A DNA stretch of 64,000 bases from Alphaproteobacteria bacterium (GCA_965216755.1 CBDCGL010000011.1:2464001-2528000); one strand, 5' to 3'. Shown: positions 10,395-21,294, counted from the stretch's first letter. Notes: generated by a model not told the origin, from the letters alone. Numbers and translations: made by a program.

Positions 10395-11329
10395 TTGAGT
10401 TCATACGGCCCTGGGCGTTACTTGCGCTGCCATTGCCGTTTCTGGCCTGGCGACTGCTGCCGGCGTTGCCTGTGCCCTCGGCCGTGCCGGTTCCGGCCGG
10501 CGTTCGCGATTTGCTGCAGGGGCTGAACCGGGCGGGTCATCGCCGCGCACTGCGCTGGTCGGCCGGCCTTGGTCTTCGCGCTCTTGGGTGGACGGCGTTG
10601 GTGATCGCACTCGCTGGACCATTCACCCGTGGCCAGATCTTGGCGTCGCCGACCGGACGCGATCTTGTCGTCGCGGTCGACTTGTCCGCCAGCATGGACG
10701 AAGACGATATGAAGTTGGATGGAGAAACGATGGCGCGCTATCAAGTGGTACGCGACCTAATCGGAAAGTTCATTGCCGAACGACGCGGCGACCGGGTCGC
10801 ATTGATTGTGTTCGGCCAAGAGGCACACTTGATCGCACCGCTGACCTTTGATACCGGTGCTGTTGCGGCGATGCTCGACGAATTGGTCATTGGCTTATCC
10901 GGCCATCGCACCGACCTTGGACGCGCGATCGGGTTGACGGTGCAGGTGCTGCGCCACGAGCCCAAAGCGACGCGGGTGTTGGTTTTACTGTCTGACGGCG
11001 AAGACAACTCCGGTGCGCTGACCGGCCTTGATGCCGCCCAAATCGCCGCCGCGCACGACGTGAAGATTTACACGATCGGCTTCACAGCCGAACTCAATGC
11101 CGACGGCGCCGATAATCTGCGTACCCTGGCCGAAGTCACCGGCGGCGTGTTTTACCCGGCACAATCGGCGGCCGCGCTCGCCGAAATCTCCAAAATGCTT
11201 GATCAAGTCGAACCCTCCGCAATCGAAGCTGACCAAACCCGCCTGATCCGGGAATGGACCGCGGTGCCACTGGGTCTTGCTTTTCTGGTTCTCGTGGGAT
11301 TGGTTGTGACGCGGAGACGTGACGCATGA
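10391..11329 (+). CDS. vWA-domain protein, BatA-like
   Basis: N-terminal PWALLALPLP, MIDAS VDLSASM, GDRVALIVFG, LLSDGEDN. Confidence 0.9.
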   Translation: MIEFIRPWALLALPLPFLAWRLLPALPVPSAVPVPAGVRDLLQGLNRAGHRRALRWSAGLGLRALGWTALVIALAGPFTRGQILASPTGRDLVVAVDLSASMDEDDMKLDGETMARYQVVRDLIGKFIAERRGDRVALIVFGQEAHLIAPLTFDTGAVAAMLDELVIGLSGHRTDLGRAIGLTVQVLRHEPKATRVLVLLSDGEDNSGALTGLDAAQIAAAHDVKIYTIGFTAELNADGADNLRTLAEVTGGVFYPAQSAAALAEISKMLDQVEPSAIEADQTRLIREWTAVPLGLAFLVLVGLVVTRRRDA

Positions 11330-12180
11330 CCATTACCAACCCGCTCGCGCTCACGCTCTTACTTCCAGCTGTCATCGGCTATATCTGGCTTTTGTACCAG
11401 CCGGCCGGCGCGCCAGGCCGACTGCCGGGCGGTTGGCGGCGCCTCGTCGCGCCGGCGCTCACACCATTTATGACACGCCACGTGCTGCCTGGCTCGGCGC
11501 TCAGTTTGACGCTTTTGTTGGCGATCTGGACCGTGATGGCATTTGCACTCGCGCGCCCCAGCATCGAGAATGCCAAACCAAGTGCCTTCACCAACATTGC
11601 CGGCCGCGTAGTTGTGCTCGATCTGGGCACCAGTGCCGATGTCTACGCCCAGCGACTGGCGGTTGCTAAGCTCACTGCAGCGTCGCCCAGAATCCCGACA
11701 GCGCTGATCGTGGCCACGGCCGATGCGTTCAATGTCGTGCCGCTCACCACCGATCATGGGTTTATCGACCGTTATCTCAACGTCATCCACCCAGATATCA
11801 TGCCCGTCGCCGGCCGGTCGCTCGCTGTGATGATCGCACATGGCGAAGCCGTGCTTGCCGGGGCCGATATCATCGCCGGGCAACTTGTCGTACTAACCGG
11901 CGGCGCACCACCTCAGGGGCAAGTCGCACCCGCAACACATTGGGAGCGGACCATTGTGGTTGACGCGAACGGACGCCAAGCGTGGCGGGCTTATGCTGAC
12001 CGCACAGAATCGCGACTCGCCATCTTTGATGACCTTGATCCGCTCATTGCCGATTTCGATCGTGTCGTGGAACGCGCGCGCCGCGATAGCAGCCGCGATG
12101 CCCATTTGGACCTGCGGCCCCATCTGATCGGCACGGCACTGTTACTTTGGCTATTCATGTTTCGGCATAGGAAGACCTGA
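11326..12180 (+). CDS. vWA-like protein, BatB-like (degenerate MIDAS)
   Basis: ALARP, VVLDLGTSAD, VVPLTTD, IMPVAG; ATGA overlap with the upstream gene. Confidence 0.75.
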   Translation: MTITNPLALTLLLPAVIGYIWLLYQPAGAPGRLPGGWRRLVAPALTPFMTRHVLPGSALSLTLLLAIWTVMAFALARPSIENAKPSAFTNIAGRVVVLDLGTSADVYAQRLAVAKLTAASPRIPTALIVATADAFNVVPLTTDHGFIDRYLNVIHPDIMPVAGRSLAVMIAHGEAVLAGADIIAGQLVVLTGGAPPQGQVAPATHWERTIVVDANGRQAWRAYADRTESRLAIFDDLDPLIADFDRVVERARRDSSRDAHLDLRPHLIGTALLLWLFMFRHRKT

Positions 12181-12983
12181 TGAACACCAGGCCAATTTCG
12201 GTCGTCGGGGCACTGGGCTTGACCGGCTTGTTTTGCTGGCTTTGGCCATACGTCACACTTCCACCGACAACACAAGAGATGGCGAAGCAGGCCTTCGACT
12301 CCGGCCGGTTCGAGGACGCGTTGCTCCTTTTCGACGCACCGGCTTGGCGGGGGGTCGCGGAGTATCGCGCGGGCCGCTACGGCCGCGCTGTTGGGGCGTT
12401 TTCATCCGCTGAGAGCACGCTAGAGCTGTACAATCTCGGCACAGCCTACGCGCAACTTGCGGAATGGGACTACGCAATTGCCGCGCTGGAAGAGGTCCTG
12501 CGCCTGGACCCAAATCACAACGATGCGCGGCACAATCTTCATATCGCGCGGCGGGCCGCCAAACTTGAAGACGATCAAGTAGCACCGCCGTTCGAAGATT
12601 CGAAGCTCGAGGAGTCGGGCGGCGACGAAAGCCGAACGTCGCAAGGCACCGGCCGCGATCCCAAAGACCAACGTACGAGCGCCCCGAAAGATGGGCCGAC
12701 CGAGAGCACCGATTCCCTGATCGATCGAAAGGGGAATAGCAACGAACCGGGGGCCCTTAGCAGCAACCGACCGACCAAACATGCGGGAACCGCCGACGCG
12801 ATCGGCAATCCAGGGCCGACTCCCGAAGTCGGGGAACGTGAGCGTCACGGATCCGTGGAACTTGAGGCACGTGAAAGCGAGCAGATGTTGGAGATTTTGC
12901 TGCGCGGAATTGTCGATGATCCGGATAAGGTACTGCGTGTGCGGCTCCACACCGCCCACCAAAATCGCACATTGGGACCCTAG
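12180..12983 (+). CDS. TPR-repeat protein, BatC-like
   Basis: WRGVAEYRAGRY, YNLGTAYAQL, ARHNL, low-complexity linker, IVDDPDKVLR. Confidence 0.8.
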   Translation: MNTRPISVVGALGLTGLFCWLWPYVTLPPTTQEMAKQAFDSGRFEDALLLFDAPAWRGVAEYRAGRYGRAVGAFSSAESTLELYNLGTAYAQLAEWDYAIAALEEVLRLDPNHNDARHNLHIARRAAKLEDDQVAPPFEDSKLEESGGDESRTSQGTGRDPKDQRTSAPKDGPTESTDSLIDRKGNSNEPGALSSNRPTKHAGTADAIGNPGPTPEVGERERHGSVELEARESEQMLEILLRGIVDDPDKVLRVRLHTAHQNRTLGP

Positions 12984-12985
12984 CC

Positions 12986-14299
12986 GTGAGACGGTTACTT
13001 TTCATTATGGCACTCACTATTTTGAGCGGATCGGCTTTGAACGGATCGGCGGGCGCTCAGCCAAACACCGCGCCCACCAAGCCGGAATTGACCGTATTGA
13101 TCGAGCCGTATCACGTAACGGTCGCTGGGGCATATGTTCAGGAACAGATCAGACTTCGGGTTGTCCTTGTATCGCCCCATCCGTTTGAGGAGCTCAAGCT
13201 CGACTTGCCGACAATCCCAAACGCGCGCGTGGTGACCCTGCTGCAACCACGCGCCGGTAAGCTACGAAGCTACGTGTCGGGGTACGGCTACGAAACACGC
13301 CTAGCCCTGTTTCCTGAACATAGTGGTGCGTTGACGATTCCATCCATTTCGGTGTCTGGGGAAATCGCAACGGGGCCCGAGCAACGTGAGCAATTTCGTC
13401 TTCAAGAACCGGAAATCGTAATCCCGGTCCGGATCATGAACCCTTCATTGGCCAGCGACTGGTGGTTGGTGTCGGACGGGATTGAGTTCGCGGAATCATG
13501 GCAGCCGGACCCCCAGGATTTTCGCGTGGGGACAACGATCCAACGCCGTGTTGAATTGACGGCCCGGGGCGTGGCGGTCGAACAATTGCCGATTTTCGAG
13601 CAACCCGCTGGCACTGGCTATGATGTCGTGGGGGTTCAGTCGACCCAGAACACTGAGCTTACAAAGGAAGGTCTGGTATCGCGGGTTTGGAAGACATGGG
13701 AGCTGCGCATCCGATCAAGCGACGTTTTTTATGTCGGCCCAATACGAATCGACTATTGGAATCCGTTGGCCGACCAAGCTGCCGCCGCGATCCTGCCTGC
13801 CAAGCGCGTCGAACCGCTGGTTCCAGACCCTGCCGCCGCCCGCGCCGCTTTGATTGATGCGGCCCTGACGGCGCACGCAAATCGGCGTCTGGGGGCGATC
13901 GTTCTCATCGCCGTGCCCGGGCTTGTCGCCGGCGCCATACTCGTGCTGTTTGTCATTATTGCATGGCCGACCCGCGCCGACCGACAGCTAAAAAGACGTT
14001 GCACGCGCGACGCGTCCCCCGCCGACAGCCTATCTGCGGTCTTGACGTGGTCGCGCGAGAGTTATGGATTGCGGGGAGGTTCGACGCTGGCACGGCCGCG
14101 GGTACATCTAGGCGCGGGCGCGAGCGACGCTGTGCTTCATCTTCAAGAATCGCTTTATGGGCCGCGCGCGGGCGCGTGCGATCCGCCGCGGCTCGCGCGG
14201 CGTCTGATATCGTCGGCACGTCGCCAAAGGCTCAATGCGGCGTGGCGACGTTTATCGACCCCTTTTCATCGTTATTTCGCGGCACAACGCTTGGACTGA
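12986..14299 (+). CDS. BatD-family protein
   Basis: Signal peptide, YVQEQI, ALFPEHSGALTIP, ESWQP...VGTTIQRRVEL, C-terminal TM. Confidence 0.8.
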   Translation: MRRLLFIMALTILSGSALNGSAGAQPNTAPTKPELTVLIEPYHVTVAGAYVQEQIRLRVVLVSPHPFEELKLDLPTIPNARVVTLLQPRAGKLRSYVSGYGYETRLALFPEHSGALTIPSISVSGEIATGPEQREQFRLQEPEIVIPVRIMNPSLASDWWLVSDGIEFAESWQPDPQDFRVGTTIQRRVELTARGVAVEQLPIFEQPAGTGYDVVGVQSTQNTELTKEGLVSRVWKTWELRIRSSDVFYVGPIRIDYWNPLADQAAAAILPAKRVEPLVPDPAAARAALIDAALTAHANRRLGAIVLIAVPGLVAGAILVLFVIIAWPTRADRQLKRRCTRDASPADSLSAVLTWSRESYGLRGGSTLARPRVHLGAGASDAVLHLQESLYGPRAGACDPPRLARRLISSARRQRLNAAWRRLSTPFHRYFAAQRLD

Positions 14300-14395
14300 A
14301 ACGATCCGCCCAAGCGACCGCTGGGGTTTCGCTGCGATTTAATCCAGATTGGCAATCGGATGCGCTTTTGTATCTTGCAGAGAGTAGTTTAGACC

Positions 14396-14551
14396 ATAGC
14401 GGATTCGGGGCGCGTTGCGGTAATCGGCGCCGGCGTGTCGGGCATTGCCGCAGCCGATGTTTGGAAAAGATGCGGTTATGCGGTGATGGTTTTCAAACGC
14501 AGCGACCGGATTGGTGGGCAATGGAACCAGACTTACCCTGGCGTGCGTCTC
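14396..14551 (+). pseudogene. N-terminal fragment of a flavin monooxygenase
   Basis: RVAVIGAGVSGIAAA...IGGQWNQTYPGVRL (Rossmann fold plus GG.W..YPG); putative start reads ATA; similarity lost after about 50 aa. Confidence 0.65.
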
Positions 14552-14832
14552 GCCAGCGTGGTCCGCCAGTTTTGGACTTTCATTGCCAACCTATTCCTAT
14601 TCCAACACCGGCGCGACGCCCAACTTGGCAGCATCGCGCCAAGCGTCCTCGACGACGCCATGCCACCCAAATCCCAGTTCGTACGGGATCTCCGCAGCGC
14701 GATGGCACTCGCGCCAAACCACTACTGCGAGCATGTCGGACATGGGCGTATCAAGGCGAAACGGGCGCACTGTGGCAAGTGGCCGTGTTTCGCGGTGACC
14801 TGCAACTTCCCTCCGCCGCCGAAATGCGCACC

Positions 14833-15309
14833 TCAGCCGACCGTGCCCACCAGATCTTTCTCAAAGACCGGAATGCCATAGGCAGGAGACGTCGGAAACA
14901 GGGCTTGGCTCAGCGGGCTTTCCACCGTCGGACCAAATTGAAACTGGCCCAAGCGCCCAACGCGCTCGTCAAAAAGCTCAAGCCACACCTGCTCTCAATC
15001 CTGTCCCATGGACGGATAGACCGCGGCCGGAAACAAGTGCGTCGCGACTTCGCCCTGGGGCCCAAAGAAGTCCAGGTCATAGGCGCTAAACATGCGCCAT
15101 ACGTCGGTCAGGTCTGTCGCGATATTGTGATTGACCTGCCATCCCGGCGGCAAATCGAGATGATAAATCGGCACCTGCAAACCATGGTCATAAATGACCA
15201 CGCGTCCGCCTTGCCCCTCGCCGGATAGATGGTCCGCTTGAACGATACCGGGCATAAAACACAGCGCGACAACCGCGGCGTATTGGCAAATGGTTCTAAG
15301 AAAATTCAT
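14833..15309 (-). pseudogene. Secreted hypothetical protein, probably interrupted by a nonsense codon
   Basis: Signal peptide MNFLRTICQYAAVVALCFMPGIVQA; TGA at 14995-14997 followed by about 53 further in-frame sense codons. Confidence 0.4.
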
Positions 15310-15402
15310 GCGTCCCTCTTGCGCCGGCGGCGACGCCACCGCAATTCGAGATAGCCGACACAACCATCGCATCGCCCAAGAGACAGCTTATGCAAAACCA
15401 TA

Positions 15403-17337
15403 TCACAAATCCGCAACGTCGGTCATGTCGTAGTCGTCGAACGATGGCGCGCGGCACATCGCCCAATAGTCGACCAAGCGCCATGGCATGACCGAAAACA
15501 CACGTCCCTTTTTGTTGCGGTAGTAGGTCGACATGCCCGGATGGCTCCAAATCATGCAGTCATGTTCAGCATCCACCCGGGCCATGTAGGCATCGTGCAC
15601 CGGACGTTTGACGTCGATGGTCGCGATATTTCGCTCGATCATGCCGACCAGACATCCGGTGATATAGCGGGCTTGGCATTCGGCTTGAAAGATGGCGCTG
15701 CCGCCATGACCGAGACCTGTGTTCGGCCCCTGCATACAGAAAAAGTTCGGGAACTGCGGCACGGTTATCCCCAAATACGCTTTCGGATCGTCGTCGGCCC
15801 AAACATCCGTCAGCCGCGCCCCATCGCGCCCCGTGATGTTCAATCGCGCCGCCATCGGCCCGACACGGAAGCCGGTCGCGAAAACGATCACGTCCGCCGC
15901 CCGCAATCTGTCATCTTCGGTCAGCACCCCTGTGGCCGCCAAACGCTTTACGCCGTCTGTGACGAGTTCGACATGTGGCCGTTTCAGCGCTGCGTACCAG
16001 CCATTGTCAAGTAAAATGCGCTTGCCGAATGGTGGATAGGTCGGCACACATTTGGCCAGCAGGTCGTCCCGGCCGCGAAGCTCGTGCTTGATATGGTCCG
16101 TCATTTCTTCGCGATGTCGATCATTGGTCCGGTTCAGCGATCGCCGCGGATTCGGCCATTGCGGATCCTTTCGCAATGTCGGCAACAGGCCGTCGCCATA
16201 CCGCCACAGCATGGCGAAACGAAACCAAGCCGCATAATAGGGAACGTGCTGCAAAAGCCACCGCGCGCCGCCATCAATCGCGTCGCGATAACGTGGAATT
16301 GGCCGCACCCATTGTGGGCTCCGCTGATAGATTGTGAGCGCGGCAACGGTATCAGCGATGGTGGGTACGATTTGCATGGCGGACGCGCCGGTGCCGATGA
16401 CGGCAACACGCTTGTCTGTCAGGTCCAGATTGCGCGGCCAGTTCGCCGAGTGAAATAACACGCCGGCGAATTTGTCCGCGCTTCGGATCCGCGGGGTTGA
16501 CGGCAGGCTCAGTTGACCAATTGCGCTAACCAATGCCGCACCCTCGATCACCTCATGACCCGCAGGGCCGGTCACAGCAATCCGCCAACGCGCAGTCGCC
16601 TCGTGCCAATCGGCCCGCTCGACACATGTCCGAAAACGAATGTGCGGCCGGATGCCGGCCTCGCCTGCACTACGCGTCAAATAATCCTGAATCTCATCAC
16701 GCGCGGCAAAGTAACGGGACCACGGATATGCGCAACCAAACGAGAATGAATAGGCGTGATTTGGCGTATCGACGCCACAACCCGGATAAACGTTTTCCAG
16801 CCACGTGCCGCCCACTTCGTCATTCTTTTCCAGGATAATGAATGGGATACCAAGCTTGACCAGATTGGCACCCAGCGCGATTCCGCTGGCGCCGGCGCCG
16901 ACAATCACAATTGGGCGCGACAGCGCCGCCGTTTCGGGGCGTCGACCGCGCCACGCGATTTGGCGGGCGCAAAATCCCATTTCTTCACGCATCATCGGCG
17001 CATATTCGGCGGGAACGTTTTCCCCGAGGCACGCCCGCATCATCTCAACCATCAGCGCGTCGCCGGGGTCGTCGATCGCCGGCTTGATATTGTCGGCTGA
17101 CAGCAGCGCCACCGCCGCCGCGCAGGCGTCTCGGCGCGCCGTTTTCGAAAGGCCGGCATCTTCGTCCGCGATCAGCTTGACATCGCGTTTTGGTCTAAAT
17201 GGCGCCGCCATCCACCGCCGGTCACCCGTGAGGTGGACCAAAACCATCAACAGGACCCGCATGTCGGCGTGTTGAAGGGCCCGCTCCAGCGTAGCTTTTG
17301 ACAAAGTCGGCGCGGTGTCGGCGGGCGACGTGTACAT
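15403..17337 (-). CDS. Baeyer-Villiger monooxygenase (4-hydroxyacetophenone monooxygenase-like, N-terminal extension)
   Basis: GAGASG, GGTWLENVYPGCGVD, fingerprint FAGVLFHSANWP, GTGASA; ATG overlaps the upstream stop. Confidence 0.9.
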   Translation of the reverse strand: MYTSPADTAPTLSKATLERALQHADMRVLLMVLVHLTGDRRWMAAPFRPKRDVKLIADEDAGLSKTARRDACAAAVALLSADNIKPAIDDPGDALMVEMMRACLGENVPAEYAPMMREEMGFCARQIAWRGRRPETAALSRPIVIVGAGASGIALGANLVKLGIPFIILEKNDEVGGTWLENVYPGCGVDTPNHAYSFSFGCAYPWSRYFAARDEIQDYLTRSAGEAGIRPHIRFRTCVERADWHEATARWRIAVTGPAGHEVIEGAALVSAIGQLSLPSTPRIRSADKFAGVLFHSANWPRNLDLTDKRVAVIGTGASAMQIVPTIADTVAALTIYQRSPQWVRPIPRYRDAIDGGARWLLQHVPYYAAWFRFAMLWRYGDGLLPTLRKDPQWPNPRRSLNRTNDRHREEMTDHIKHELRGRDDLLAKCVPTYPPFGKRILLDNGWYAALKRPHVELVTDGVKRLAATGVLTEDDRLRAADVIVFATGFRVGPMAARLNITGRDGARLTDVWADDDPKAYLGITVPQFPNFFCMQGPNTGLGHGGSAIFQAECQARYITGCLVGMIERNIATIDVKRPVHDAYMARVDAEHDCMIWSHPGMSTYYRNKKGRVFSVMPWRLVDYWAMCRAPSFDDYDMTDVADL

Positions 17338-19010
17338 CACGACCGCAACACTTGCCCAGCCGCGGCCCCGGTCAACGTGCCGTCGGCGTAGACGACCGTG
17401 CCATTGACAATCGTGTGGCAAATGCCACGCGACGGCATCACCATGCGTTTGCCGCCGCCGGGCAAGTCATAGCGCCGCTCGCCACGATTGGATGAACCGA
17501 CGGTCTGCGGATCATAAACGCAGATATCCGCGGCCAGACCGGGCCTGAGCCGACCCCGATCCGTGATCCCAAAAAAGTCGGCGGGATCGGAGGTCAGGCG
17601 TCGCACCGCTTCCTCTTGCGTGATCGCTTGGCGTTCGCGTACCCATGTGCCGAGCAAATAGGTTGGATAACCGGAATCGCACAACATATCCAAATGGGCA
17701 CCGCCATCGCCCAGTCCGATCAGAATGCTCGGGTCGTTCAACAACTCCGTCATGCGGTCGACGCGTGTGTTGTAGGACGAAAGCGTAAACTCGCAAGCCA
17801 GATCGTCCGCCAATACAGTATCAAGAAACGCGTCGACTTCGTCTTTTCCCTGAGCACGCGCGATTTCGGCAACATTGAGTCCTTCAAATCTCTTGAGTTG
17901 CGGATTGTGTACTTCGTGCAAGGTGATGCGATGCCAATTGCCCATGGTCAGTTTGCCCGCCAAATCATCGCGAAACTGGTCGCGGAATCCGGGGTCGGCA
18001 TATGCCGCCTTTTGCCCGTCGAATGACTTGTCGGCAAAGACCCGTTGCCACGAAGGAAAGGCCGCGAACGAAAACGGGTTGCGCATGTTGATTTCACGGG
18101 TCAGCGGCAGTGGCGATGTTTGCGGCCGCGCACCACGCGCAATCATCGGCGCCGCCCGGCGCAAAGTGTCACGCACGGCCTCGGGGATGTCATCGCGATC
18201 AAACAGCGCGATAAAGGTCACCGGACGGCCGCTTTCGGCGAGCAGAAAATCAAGCAAGTTGCATTGGCCTTCATCCAGCACACCAATCTGGCGAGTCAAC
18301 GCGACTTCAATCGCACCCTTGCCTTTTTGCTTGAGCACGTTGGCGTAGGCCTTCAGCTCGTCCCGGCTGGCTTGACGACACGCCAGCGGGCGACCTTCGT
18401 ATCCCAAATGTTGGTTGAGGATTGTGCTGGAAAACCCAAATGCACCAACATCGATTGCCTCAGTAATCAACTCGCGTATGCGCGCCGTTTCGTGGTCGGT
18501 CGCGGCGCGTTCCATTGACTCTTCGCCCATGACATAGTGTCGAAAGGGTGTGAGCGGTGCCAGAAAAGCAAGATTCAAGACCGGGTCTCGGCGCGCCGCC
18601 GCATCCATGAATTGGGGAAACGTCTCCCACTCCCAAGTGATTCCCTGGTTCAGCACGTCATAGGAGATCGCCTCCACGCTGACCAGGTCGCGCATGGCGA
18701 TTTCGCGGGCACCGGGGTGGCATGGCGCGATGCCGACACCGCAATTGCCGAGCACGGCGCTGGTCACACCGTGCCACGACGACGGCGTAACAGCGTTGTC
18801 CCAGCAAATTTGCGCATCGTAATGCGTATGCGGATCAATGAAGCCGGGTGCAACCACGCAGTCGGCGGCGTCAATGAGGGTCGCGGCGCCGTCAGTGATG
18901 CGCCCGATTTCGGCAATTACCCCCTTATCGACCGCCACATCCGCCTGCCGGGCCGGCGCGCCGGTGCCATCGATCACCGTACCGTTTTTGATTAGCAAAT
19001 CGTGGGCCAC
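17337..19010 (-). CDS. N-acyl-D-amino-acid deacylase family amidohydrolase
   Basis: IKNGTVIDGTG, PGFIDPHTHYD, GNCGVG, DGGAH, DRGRLRPGLAAD; GTG 19010 with GGAGG RBS. Confidence 0.9.
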   Translation of the reverse strand: MAHDLLIKNGTVIDGTGAPARQADVAVDKGVIAEIGRITDGAATLIDAADCVVAPGFIDPHTHYDAQICWDNAVTPSSWHGVTSAVLGNCGVGIAPCHPGAREIAMRDLVSVEAISYDVLNQGITWEWETFPQFMDAAARRDPVLNLAFLAPLTPFRHYVMGEESMERAATDHETARIRELITEAIDVGAFGFSSTILNQHLGYEGRPLACRQASRDELKAYANVLKQKGKGAIEVALTRQIGVLDEGQCNLLDFLLAESGRPVTFIALFDRDDIPEAVRDTLRRAAPMIARGARPQTSPLPLTREINMRNPFSFAAFPSWQRVFADKSFDGQKAAYADPGFRDQFRDDLAGKLTMGNWHRITLHEVHNPQLKRFEGLNVAEIARAQGKDEVDAFLDTVLADDLACEFTLSSYNTRVDRMTELLNDPSILIGLGDGGAHLDMLCDSGYPTYLLGTWVRERQAITQEEAVRRLTSDPADFFGITDRGRLRPGLAADICVYDPQTVGSSNRGERRYDLPGGGKRMVMPSRGICHTIVNGTVVYADGTLTGAAAGQVLRS

Positions 19011-19354
19011 AAATCCCTCCGTCATTGGCCGCGCCAGGGGTGACGCGCGCGAGTGTGTCATTTTGATGGATTAATCGGGGCCAGAGAATTGTCACGTTGG
19101 CACGGCAGCCAGCCCGGAAAGGCAGTTACCACCAGGCGCCGCACCCGATCGTCATCAATGCCTTGCCACATTCGACGATTCGCTCGGGCCTGCCCCAGCT
19201 GGCGACGTCGGAGAAAAACCCCAAGTGGCTTGCGATCTTTTCCAATATCAAAATGCTTCAGCCATTATCCTAGTGCGCTTCGTGATCGTTCTGGTCATGG
19301 CATATGTCACCGATCGTTTGAGGGCGCGGGTGCAATCGCCCGCGACAGGTTGTT

Positions 19355-20101
19355 TTGGATTTCGAGCGCCTGGCCATTGTCGGCGTCATTTTTCTGTTTG
19401 CCGCCGTCGTCAAAGGGACGACCGGCTTGGGCTTCTCGACGTCGGCCTTGCCCTTGCTGGCGCTCACGGTCGGCGTCAAGGCAGCTTTGCCGCTGCTGAT
19501 CATTCCGTCGCTGGCAAGCAATGCCATGGTCATGCGGCGGGCCGGGCATTTCATCGAAATGTTGCGGCGGTTTGCCTGGCTCTATGTGCTCGCCCCGGTG
19601 GGAATCGCCGGCGGTCTGGCGCTGCTCAATCAGGTCGACGGCGCGACGGCCGGTGCCGCCTTGGGCATCGTGCTGGTCGTCTATAGCCTATTCGTCTGGC
19701 GCACACGCCGCCTGCAACTTCCGATCGCACTTGAACGACCGCTGGCGCCGATCATCGGCGCAGCCACCGGCGCGATCAACGGGCTTACCGGTTCGCAGGT
19801 CATGCCCCTGTTGCCCTATTTGATGGCTCTTGGGCTCGATCCACGACGGTTGGTCCAGGCAACCAATATTTCGTTTACCTTGTCCAGCCTGGTCATGGCT
19901 TTCGGTTTGATGCAAATCGGCCTGATGACGGCCGAAACAGCGGCCATATCCGTGTTGGGTTTGTTGCCGGTTTATATTGGCATCGCATTGGGAACGCGGA
20001 TCCAAGCGCGGCTGTCAGCGTCTGCCTTTCATCGCGCCATCGTGATCCTGCTGGGACTTTCGGGATTGATCCTCGTGTTGCGCCCGGCAATGGGATTCTA
20101 A
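19355..20101 (+). CDS. TauE/SafE (sulfite exporter family) membrane protein
   Basis: VKGTTGLG, GAINGLTG, about 8 TM segments. Confidence 0.85.
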   Translation: MDFERLAIVGVIFLFAAVVKGTTGLGFSTSALPLLALTVGVKAALPLLIIPSLASNAMVMRRAGHFIEMLRRFAWLYVLAPVGIAGGLALLNQVDGATAGAALGIVLVVYSLFVWRTRRLQLPIALERPLAPIIGAATGAINGLTGSQVMPLLPYLMALGLDPRRLVQATNISFTLSSLVMAFGLMQIGLMTAETAAISVLGLLPVYIGIALGTRIQARLSASAFHRAIVILLGLSGLILVLRPAMGF

Positions 20102-20318
20102 TCGCCGCGCAGGCGCGCACGACGGGTGACTGGCAGCGAATTTGGATTTGCCGCAGAATATGTTACGGTTGTCTCCACAAGCTTACACTCTCGGAATTTT
20201 CTACCTGCGCGGCGCGCGAAGATGGTCGTCGCGGTAGGGCATTCGTGCGGCCGGCCGTGTTCATCTTGATCCGTGACGAGGTGGATGTCGGCGAGGCGTA
20301 CCCAAGGGGGCGAATTAC

Positions 20319-21188
20319 GTGCCGGAAACAGACACATACGACGAAATCAACGAAGCCAAGGCAAATCTGGACTATGTTTATGAACAGCCAGATCCCAGGG
20401 CTTATTTTCGCGAACTCAGAAAGCTCGGTTACGCGATTCCCGGACTTGCCAAGCCAATATTTCAGACGTTGATCACGCATTTGCGCGACCAGCGCCACGA
20501 CACCATCCGCGTGTTGGACCTCGGTTGCTCCTACGGCGTAAACGCCGCGCTGCTGAAGCATGATCTGTCGATGCCCGAACTCTACGAACATTGGGGGGAC
20601 GATGCGATCCGCGATGTAACGCCACAGGAAGTGGTCGCGCATGATCAGCGTTTCTTCGGCGAACTCGAGGGCGCCGAAGACATCGAGGTTATCGGCTTGG
20701 ACCAATCGGAGCCCGCCGTCGCCTTCGCGGAGAACGCCGGCCTGGTCGACGAAGGGCTCGCGGTTAATCTCGAAACCGAACCGCTGCCCTTCGATGTGCG
20801 AGAAGACCTGGCACCGATCGATCTGGTGACATCCACGGGATGTGTGGGCTATGTGACAGAAAAAAGTTTCGACCGGCTGTTGCCCGCTGTAACGCAAGGC
20901 CAGGCCGCGTGGATCGGTAATTTCGTCTTGCGCCTGTTTCCTTTCGATCTGATCGCGCAGACTTTGGCGGGATGGGGCTACGCCACCGAGAAACTCGAAG
21001 CACAAACCTTTGTACAACGGCGCTTTGCATCGTCCGAAGAGCAGGAACGCGTGATCGAGCAACTCCGCCAACAGAATATCGACCCAACCGGCAAGGAAAC
21101 AGAGGGGCACTTGCTCGCTGAGTTTTACTTGTCACGGCCGACCAAGGACGCGGCGGCCATGCCCATCGACGAGCTTCTGGCCGCTTGA
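20319..21188 (+). CDS. Class I SAM-dependent methyltransferase-like protein
   Basis: VLDLGCSYG motif I, IGLDQS, STGCVGY. Confidence 0.75.
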   Translation: MPETDTYDEINEAKANLDYVYEQPDPRAYFRELRKLGYAIPGLAKPIFQTLITHLRDQRHDTIRVLDLGCSYGVNAALLKHDLSMPELYEHWGDDAIRDVTPQEVVAHDQRFFGELEGAEDIEVIGLDQSEPAVAFAENAGLVDEGLAVNLETEPLPFDVREDLAPIDLVTSTGCVGYVTEKSFDRLLPAVTQGQAAWIGNFVLRLFPFDLIAQTLAGWGYATEKLEAQTFVQRRFASSEEQERVIEQLRQQNIDPTGKETEGHLLAEFYLSRPTKDAAAMPIDELLAA

Positions 21189-21294
21189 CCGCGGCCGCGG
21201 CACGGTTGCGCCGGAAATCGGCGGTTACGGGCGCGATCGGCCGATATATCGTTGCGGTCTTTGCGCCGGTCGCGGGCGGGCGTAAGGTCATGAC

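Noticed and set aside
13963-15228. 421-aa plus-strand ORF
   Set aside because: It overlaps batD out of frame and the pseudogene patch, is Arg-rich and has no motif; likely a GC-rich shadow ORF
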